From NCBI GenBank assembly GCA_965649825.1, contig OZ287700.1:310001-374000 (forward strand): a DNA stretch of 64,000 nt. Reading direction: 5' to 3'. Of this stretch, positions 56,187 to 64,000 are shown piece after piece (the first letter of the stretch is position 1; every line of letters begins with the position of its first letter). The translations under genes were made by a program, and so were the position numbers. Source of the stretch: Penicillus capitatus. Taxonomy: Eukaryota > Plantae > Chlorophyta. The notes under the pieces are model-generated. The model was not told the origin of the DNA, did no database searches, and saw only the letters and a program-made list of their open reading frames with translations.

Positions 56187-58757
56187 ATGAATGGCAAAAA
56201 GAATCACGCCCTGTCAGAATTGCTGGACGGAAACGACGACAGCACCAGTCCCCTGACGGCCAATGGCATTGTTGAGAATGGCAACCTGAATGACCGAACA
56301 GCAAAGGCCGTCTACGAAGAGCACCTGGGACGATTGAAGGCGGAGGCCGAAGCAGAAGACAGCTCCAGAAGACTGGCTGTGGCACAGACCCAACTCACGG
56401 AATACTCACTGCAGAAGTCCGAAGACGTGTCCGAGCTGGAGAAGGAGGCCGAAACGATGGCGGTGCTGTTTGGGCAGTTTGGCTCGAATGTATCCGATCC
56501 GGCGCTGCTAAAGCAGTTATCGGAACAGATGGAAACACTCAAGGCCAAGATCCGTGAGATCTCTGGCGAGGCACGTGCCTTTGCCATGCAACAGAAGGCA
56601 GATCTTCAACGATCGCAAGGAGTCATCACACAAATCTCGGCCCTTCCTGCAGAAGAGACAGAAAGCGATCAGTTGGAAGAGCTCAGCTCTGATATGGACA
56701 CCAGTCCTGTAGGGAAGCTGTCGCCATTGTGAGGGATGCTTATCTGAACACGGGGCGTTTGGTGCAGGAGGAGAGCGACAGCGATGATGAATCGGAGACG
56801 GATGCGTTGTTGCCGAACGGAGATGTTGGGCAGATGACGGTGAACGGCATGACGACCGCCGTCGCCACACCGCATCGACCCAATAGCTTTCTGGAACGCA
56901 GCAAATATATCCCCCTGCGATTGAGCTACGAAGAAAGGAACTATCTGAGACTGTTGGAAGCTGCGTTGAATGTCAGCGAGTATACAGACAAAGTGAAAAG
57001 GCGGAATGGTGGGAGAAACGGAAGCATGGGTGATGTGACAGGTGGATATTCTTTCGTGGAAGAGCAAGGCTTTCAGGGTGGAGACACAGATCAAACGCAT
57101 CTGCTCTGTTCTGTCAGGACTGGTCGTGGCGCAAGACTACAAAAGAGGACAGCAACTGATACAGAGTCGTGACTTTAGTGACAATGCCACCTTCTTTCAA
57201 GTCTTTAGCAAAGCACGAGGTGCATGACGTGACGTATATCTGTAGGATATCTTCGAAATTGGACGTCGTTTCAAGATCATGAATCCAGACAAGATGCGAT
57301 CGGAGTATGGAAAACTGGTCTACATGTTGATGGACTCTTCGGATCTGCAAATTCAAGAGCTGCTCGAATTCAAATGCGTTCGTCCACTCAAGACGGTTTA
57401 CAGCACGCTGAAGGAGCACGATCTGCTGGCGGTGTTGGAAGATCCCCTTCTGGAAACGGCCACGGCAGAAGTGATCGCGGGAGATCGGCCACGATACGAA
57501 GTGCCACTCCACGTCTCTGCCAATCTCTTTTCGCTCAAGATATCTGTCAGGTGCAACGGTCTATTCGATCAAAGGAACGCGCGCGGGAAGCTATTGCCAA
57601 GAAGTATGCCACCAGGAGTGTCCCCGAGGTGATGCCTTTCGTCTGACAGATTCCGTGTGCATTCTGTGCTCTTGTGTAGGAGACGCTTCTACACTGTATG
57701 TATTCGATCGGCGATAATAATTCCTTCCTTCTTTACAACAGAGATCCGATTGATCAGATGATTGGTTACCTGAAAAAGTATTTTGATCCAAAATCCAATG
57801 TCACTCAGTTGAGTAACTTGGCGATCTCGATGGGATGTGGCGGCGCACGGTTAACGCACAGTCATGAACGGCAGTATCAGTATGTCCTGCAGACGCTGAC
57901 TCTCTGGAGAGAAATCAGCAATGACATGTTCAAGCTTTGGTATGGCATGGGCAATGTGTGATGTCCTCTGCAAAGAGTGAGATGTCACGTCAGGTACTTG
58001 GCGGAGAATGATCTACTGGCTCAGAGAAATCCTTATCGACTGCAGGACACGGGACAAGGACTCAACCGTGTGCAGCAAGCGCCTCAGGTATGGAGGCAGC
58101 GATAATGATGTGACCCGTCTCACAGTTGAGGGCATTGCAGATTCGTCGAGCCGTGTTTGATATCATTCAGAGATGTCAGACGAAGATTGGCCACTGGGTT
58201 GGCTCCTCCGTTGTCCACTTGGGAGATCATAATGTGCCAAACGCCCTTATGTTCATCGACAAATACACTCAGGCACTCTTCTCTGAGAGAAAGAGCGCTG
58301 ATGTGACAGCAGGCGCATGTCGTAGGTTCCCCGGATTCTGAATCCGATTGTGCTTGTACTGGAGGAGCTGCCGAAACTTAATCAAGATCGCAGCATCCGA
58401 CTCTACATTGAGAGAGCCTTCGGTACAAACCTGCCTTAGAGAGCCAGGAGCATATCGCAAACACCGTTGTGTGTGCGTTCAGGAAATGTGGAGGCATTGC
58501 AGAAGGAGATTCTGCGTGATTTCTTCCGCCATGCGTTCGATGGAAGTGGCGCTGATAACTTCTTTGATGCGGGATCCTGCATCGACGGACGGTAACTGCG
58601 AGCATTGTATGGAGGGGCAGGGAGACAACATGGGTCTCGTGTGTGCTGTAGACTGACATCCGCATGGAATTGGTGCAGTCAGATTGAAAAGAAGTCGTAT
58701 TACCATGTGTTCAAAATGGCCGGCTTTGTTGGCTTCGATGGCGATTTTCAAAAGTGA
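56187..58757 (+). CDS. UPF0652 / DUF2009 family protein with an N-terminal coiled coil
   Basis: YIPLRLSYEERNYLRLLEAALNVSEYTDKVD; FEIGRRFKIMNPDKMRSEYGKLVYMLMDS; GARLTHSHERQYQYVLQTL; HLGDHNVPNALMFIDKYTQ|VPRIL; AWNWCSQIEKK..FVGFDGDF. Confidence 0.88.
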
Positions 58758-58885
58758 TAGAACGTTCTGTGACCTATACCAAGAAGGCAGGCACCATTCT
58801 CTAGCTTATCTACGATGATGCTGCACGCTGACCATTGTTATTGGGCCTCTCGCTCTAGTGCCATCGCTGAACTCACGCTAATCAT

Positions 58886-61225
58886 ATGCCAGCTTTAAAA
58901 GCTCAATTCTATTTTTCTGTCTCGACTCCGAGTAAAGACGACCGTCTGGAGACTGAGGGAAACGTCGCTGTCAAATCGGGATCGATGGCGTGCATTGGAC
59001 AGAACGACGCTGGACAGCTCGGGCGACGTCTCGGCGATGCGCATCCGCGTCATGTAACTGAGAAGACGATGGATGTTCCTCTGTCAGATCCCGTCGCTGG
59101 CAGCTGGCCCAATGGCATCGTAGGCATCGCGATCGATCGGATGGATGTGGTGGTATCGATAGTACGATTGTTGATAAGGAGGGCGCCAACGGAACGAGTG
59201 CAGTAAGGGAACGGCGAAACCAAACGCGCGCAAAGACGCTGCAACAAACGCCCTATCCCATCCTCGTCCAACGCCTTCGACTTCTGCTCGACAGAATTGC
59301 GCAGCACAACATACATTGCGTTCCAGACGATTCGCCGGCGGCGGCGCATCGATCATCAAATCTTCGTTTGACAATACCGACAGTTGCGTCGCTCCGAACT
59401 GTGGAGGCATTTGCCACGAGTGATTTTTGAAGGAAAGTGCCGAGCGCGCTCGTGAGAAAGGATCTCCGCGCGAGACCTGGCGATCGCCACGATCGGATCG
59501 TTCGTCCAGTCCGAGGTCTTTCTACAATTCCGACATCGACGAGGCGTCGTCCCTTCTGGCCCACGTTTCGAGTTTTTTGCAGAACATTCCAGACAACCTT
59601 CGCCGTGCGCTTTGTCCCGTGAGCCGCATCGAAGAGACGGAGCACGACGAGACGATCTTCAACGTCGGCGATCCGCCCGAGAAATTCTACGTGATCCTGA
59701 CGGGATCAGTCGAAGTTAAGGAGAAGCTGGTGACAAAAGATCGTCGAGAGACGTGCGTGATTGCACATCTGAAGAAAGGTCAGGCCTTTGGCGAGTCGTC
59801 TATTCTCAACGACAACCGACGGAACGCGACATGCGTCTCCGTCACACCCTGTGTCCTGCTCACCGTGTCGAAGGAAGATTTCTTGGCCGCCGTCGGATCG
59901 CATTTCGCTGAGCAGAAACGCGAGACCATGTCGTTCTTGACGCATCGCGTGGTGCCGTTTCGCAACGTCACCCGCGACAGCTGTCTGGCTCTTTTGCGGT
60001 TTTCTATGCGAATGGAGTACCCTGCCGACAAAGAGTGGGATATCTACCGCGAAAAGCACGTCTACTTTGTGCGATCAGGCACGCATGCGCCGCCGTGGCA
60101 AGGCTAACCGTCTGTCACATCAGGCACTGCTATCCTCTACCTTGCGGATGGGACGTCGCAAGAGAGGTCGAAGAAAGGGAAAGCAATTGCGAAGCAAAGC
60201 GACACAGAGGACGTTTTCTTTATAAACGGACGGCCTTTTGGCACGTTGAGCAGAGAAAGCGAAAAAAGAGCGAGTGGCAGGAGGGCACATGGTCGGCGCG
60301 AACTGGCCCTGTTGACAGAGGGAGATTACTTCGGCGGCGGATGGCATCTGTTGGGCGACAGCAAGGAGGTGCGATCGCTTCGCGTCTGTTCCACGACGCC
60401 CATCGAAGCAATGGTTTTTCGAATCGACGATCTCGTCACCTATGCTGATTCCGAGACTCTTCGGTAGAATCCGCGCCGAATCAGCACGCTGAGTTTTCCT
60501 TGTGCGATATCCAGGAGTCTACGCGAAGATGCCGCCTTTCGTTTTACTTACTATTTCGGTCGATGCGGTTTGCTCGATGCGCAGGCAGTCGTTGGTCATC
60601 CTTCGACAGCTATGCTCTGCCGATCCATCCCTTCTCAGAATCGCCGAAACGAAAAGCGTCGTCTGGCACTTGACCGACAACTCCAACTGGACAACGTCGC
60701 CAGCTCGGACACCTTTCGACACCAAATGGCGGCGCTGTAGGAGGACGGACATGGTGCATTCAGTGACAAGACCGAAGCGGCGCTGCGCCATTTTCGTCAA
60801 CTGCTGCAGAGCAATGCCCTGGATATCGCAGAAGCGCGATACGATCTGGGAACGCCGACAGAGAGGTGACATCCCTATTGAGGACATGGCTTTGGATACG
60901 AATGGAGTTTCTCAGCAGGTATCTCTCGGATCCGAACCTAACGAGAGGATTAGCAGCGCATCGGCTACTGGATCCTCTGCTCCAGCAAATCTTCCCGCGT
61001 GGATTCGAGGCCCTGTGCAGTGACCCGATCCATCGCCGGCCCCGAACGGCGGCTATCCCCTCTCGATCACACGAGAAGGCCGAAGCTGAAAACGAGCGTA
61101 GTAGGCGTGAGAGAGATGCGCTAGCTGCTGCAGTGATGTGGGAACGAAAAGCGCGACCCTTGACGGCAACGCGCCAATGTTTGACATATGCCGAGATCGT
61201 CCGGCGGAATACGATGATGTTCTAG
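58886..61225 (+). CDS. Cyclic-nucleotide-binding domain protein (two CNB domains)
   Basis: IFNVGDPPEKFYVILTGSVEV..LKKGQAFGESSILNDNRRNATCV; second domain YFVRSG..LLTEGDYFGG. Multi-exon; termini are approximate. Confidence 0.8.
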
Positions 61226-61242
61226 CATTCGATCGATCGGTG

Positions 61243-63128
61243 CTAGATCTCATGTCTCTGGAATTCGCCCCGATCATATCTCTTCTTCTTTCTCGGATCT
61301 TTCAGAACTTCATACGCTTCACGCAACGACTGAAATCGCGCCCTCGTGTCTTCGACCTTCTTTCTCTCTCCGTTCGCCGCCGTCCTCTTTGCCGCCGGGT
61401 GATGATCGGGATGCCACAGCAGCGCCTGTTTCTGAAACGCCTCCTTGATTTCTTTCTCTGTCCACGTTCCTGCAAACCGCGACCCGTGTGATATCGATCG
61501 CTATCGTCGACTTCGATGCACTTGTGGGGTCGAGGCTGAGAATGGCATAGTAGCCAAAAGCATCTCTATTCCCGCCGCCATTCAAATGCCACGCGAATTC
61601 TCCCACGCCGTGATGATGATAATGCTCAGATTTACCATACCTCCTCCACCGTCGCTCCTCTCTTCTCTCTTCTTGAGCTCTCTGCATTCTGCACGACAAG
61701 GAGAGATCGAATGGGCTGATATGGGTTAAGAGGCAGCATCTTGCCGCGCTTGTTCCATCTGCTGCTTGAAATGGATGTTGTCTCGACGTCGCTTGTGTTG
61801 TTCTTTCCACAGCGTCTCTCCCCACTTGTGCCGCTCCTCTTCTTTCCAGTTCCATTTCTGTATCTCTTCCCAATGACGCCATTCGTTTTCGCATCTCATA
61901 CAGTCCTATCCAAACCATATCCGTTGTTAAAGCACGACCGTCCAAGCAGGAATGCCCACAGCATCACTTGATAGTCGGTAAACGCCTGGTCTCTATCTTT
62001 CTGGAAGCTATTGAAATATTTCTGAGCATACTGCTGGTGCTCCCAGTCGAGGTGATGCATCTGGTGCCAACGATCTATGATCGCACTGTATCTGGCATAG
62101 AGTCCTGACATCAAAGATAGAGCTCAGATGTGGACGTCTCTGCAGGTAAGGAGTGCCTGATAAGGTCGCTGCCAGAAAGGTCCAGAAACACGTTTCGGCG
62201 GCACAGATCGAGAAAGATGTGCCTGTTATGGCTCCTATGCTCGCTCCAAGTCCACCTCCCAATAGAGATGCCGCCAGACGCGTCTTCTGTGGACTGTAAT
62301 GCCTTTCTCCGAGAACGCGCCCGTCTGCCGTTCCTCCGATCATCGTCTGAAACTTGATCTCTGTCAGCTCGCCTCCTGTTGTGTACGATCGCGAGAAGGT
62401 ATAGTCCAGGAGATAGGAAGGAAAGAAATAAAGGCGTGCCTTCCTGGACAACACCTAGACATCGGGATTCAGGCCAAGGCATCGATCGTGGCATCCACCT
62501 GAACAGTAAGATGCAGTCCATCGATACTCGAAGCGCCCGTTGTGCTTTTGAGGTGATCCTCTATCTGCTGCTCCTTGAGCTTTCGAATATTCCTCAGTGC
62601 AAGTTCCCATGCCATGCCTTGGCGCATCTTGGGAGCATCGATCGGTGTTCCGTGGAAAGAATGGTGGAGCGGGCGAATCTGACCGCACGTTTCCGGGATG
62701 GTCTGGGTTTTGATGGCGTCCGGAAAATCACGCCGATGCTTAAACGAGGCATAGACTTGCATTTCGGGATGCTGAAAGGAAAAGCGTTCCTTCGGCAGTG
62801 TTCCTTCGAAAAGGGTGGCTTTCTGATCATTCTGATTCTCTGCTGAGTGCGAAGATGTGGCAGCATAGGAGAAACTCAAATCCGCCTCAAAGCACCAGAA
62901 AGGAAAGTAGACCGAGCGCAGGACCAGATTCTCTGAGTCTGCGAGATTCGAGGGAGCCAACCACGCCGTACGGTGCCATGCATTGAACTTGTCTTTCGCC
63001 TCTCGCTCCGTCAGGCCGAACGGAACGACGGAGGCCGTTCCGCGGTAGACCGAATCGCCAGAACGCGAGGAATAGAGACGCGTGCGCAACAGACATTCCA
63101 AGACGCGCCGCGTCTGTGCCGGACGCAT
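61243..63128 (-). CDS. DnaJ-family protein with a C-terminal J domain, probably organelle-targeted
   Basis: YYAILSLD..EKEIKEAFQKQALLWHPD..FQSLREAYEVLKDPRKKKRYD. The R/S-rich N-terminus MRPAQTRRVLECLLRTRLYSSRS looks like a presequence. Confidence 0.82.
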
Positions 63129-63189
63129 GGCCAGTGAACACAGTGAAGCGACCACATTACAGGAGCTCGTCGATGTGACGTGCGACACT

Positions 63190-64000
63190 TCATTGGCGAA
63201 TGCGTCCGCTACGCGCAAACGCGTTGCGCTTCGCCTTGCGTCGCAGAGTCTCGCAGCGTCGTCCATAGAAATCACGCTCCCCTTGCAGCAGCTTCACGGT
63301 CCTTTCGAATTGCTGAGTCTCTTGCTGTGATTGCTCCAAGGCCGCGTGCACATAACGCACTTCCGAATACAGATCCTCCACGTTCTGTTCCAAACGTGCC
63401 TTGACGTGCAACGCCGAACGGAGACGGATTTCGGCCTCTTTCGCCGCGTTTTTCCATTTCTCCGTCGCTTTCTCGAGAGAGCCGACAGTCAAGTGGAGAT
63501 TGCCGTTTTCAGACGCCAGATGCGTGACGTGTTCCTTATAGTCCTTTGTCTCTTGCTGATGCTGAGATGCAATACACTCAAGGCGACGGGCAATGTTGAC
63601 GATCTCGTCTCTTCTCTTGTACTGAAGCGTCTCTTTCTCTTCGACGACAGTCATCGCCTCTCCCACCCGTTGTTGCATCGACTCGAATGCTTTGGCAACG
63701 CGTGTGTCCATTTCTGCCAATCGCTTGCGGTGTTTGTCAACCAACGACGTTATTTGGTGCTGGAGCTTCCCCACCCGTACGGCGTGACTCGCGCGTTCGC
63801 CCTCGACTCCATCTCTGAAGGTCGAGATCTCGTGCTCCAAACGTCTGGCCTCCATCTCCGTTTTCTGTCTCTCCCGTTGGTTCTCGCCGAGCTGACGTTT
63901 CAAATCCTCTATCTCACCCTGACGGCACTTTTTAGTATGGTGTGCGTTGAAAAGAAGACAGACATTGCACTGCACCATACTGTCGTCCATCGATCTCTTC
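63190..64000 (-). CDS. Coiled-coil protein, 5' end outside the window
   Basis: Continuous heptad-rich frame (EIEDLKRQLGENQRERQKTEMEARRLEHEIS...) running to the window edge. Confidence 0.65.
   Translation of the reverse strand, partial: KRSMDDSMVQCNVCLLFNAHHTKKCRQGEIEDLKRQLGENQRERQKTEMEARRLEHEISTFRDGVEGERASHAVRVGKLQHQITSLVDKHRKRLAEMDTRVAKAFESMQQRVGEAMTVVEEKETLQYKRRDEIVNIARRLECIASQHQQETKDYKEHVTHLASENGNLHLTVGSLEKATEKWKNAAKEAEIRLRSALHVKARLEQNVEDLYSEVRYVHAALEQSQQETQQFERTVKLLQGERDFYGRRCETLRRKAKRNAFARSGRIRQ

Noticed and set aside
1-64000. tRNA, rRNA, snRNA genes or telomeric repeats
   Set aside because: No cloverleaf, T-loop (GTTCRA) context, rRNA signature or telomere array was recognised by eye; tRNAscan-SE or Infernal would be needed to exclude them fully.

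Overview
Eukaryotic nuclear DNA from a very compact, intron-rich genome: introns are mostly about 50 nt, intergenic gaps are often 100 bp or less, and the code is standard. The plant/alga-type genes (CDKG PLTSLRE, CDKC PITAVRE, CX2CX18CX2C GATA factor, CPFC-type GST, beta-helix+trypsin family) point to a green alga, most plausibly a siphonous ulvophyte (Bryopsidales-like); this is inference. Housekeeping blocks (VPS72, NTPCR, CDKG, CDKC, GATA, SPCS2, PSMB5, F-box/FBA, DUF2009, cNMP-binding protein, DnaJ, coiled-coil proteins) flank an accessory island at about 13.4-41.8 kb. The island is bounded by two paralogous NLR-like STAND genes, each about 1,570-1,610 aa, built as a short beta-rich domain ending in LGLWGG, an ARM-like helical domain, NB-ARC, and a 43-aa TPR array. 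Almost all of each gene is one intron-free 4.3-4.5 kb exon. The TPR arrays show paralog-specific homogenisation, hypervariable mix-and-match cassettes and a one-repeat copy-number difference. From memory, the N-terminal region resembles proteins of bacterial endosymbionts (Amoebophilus/Mycoavidus-type) and Mortierella NACHT proteins. Between the two NLRs lie a GST, a sulfotransferase, an intronless XPA-like Zn-finger protein (paralog at 4.3-5.3 kb), a decayed beta-helix/trypsin/ankyrin locus with one ankyrin repeat per exon, and a gag-protease retroelement relic. Smaller oddities include convergent genes sharing one CTAG for both stop codons, several GC-AG introns, and a proteasome beta5 with thymoproteasome-like pocket residues. 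No tRNA, rRNA or CRISPR array was seen. All family assignments come from reading motifs by eye; no searches were run.
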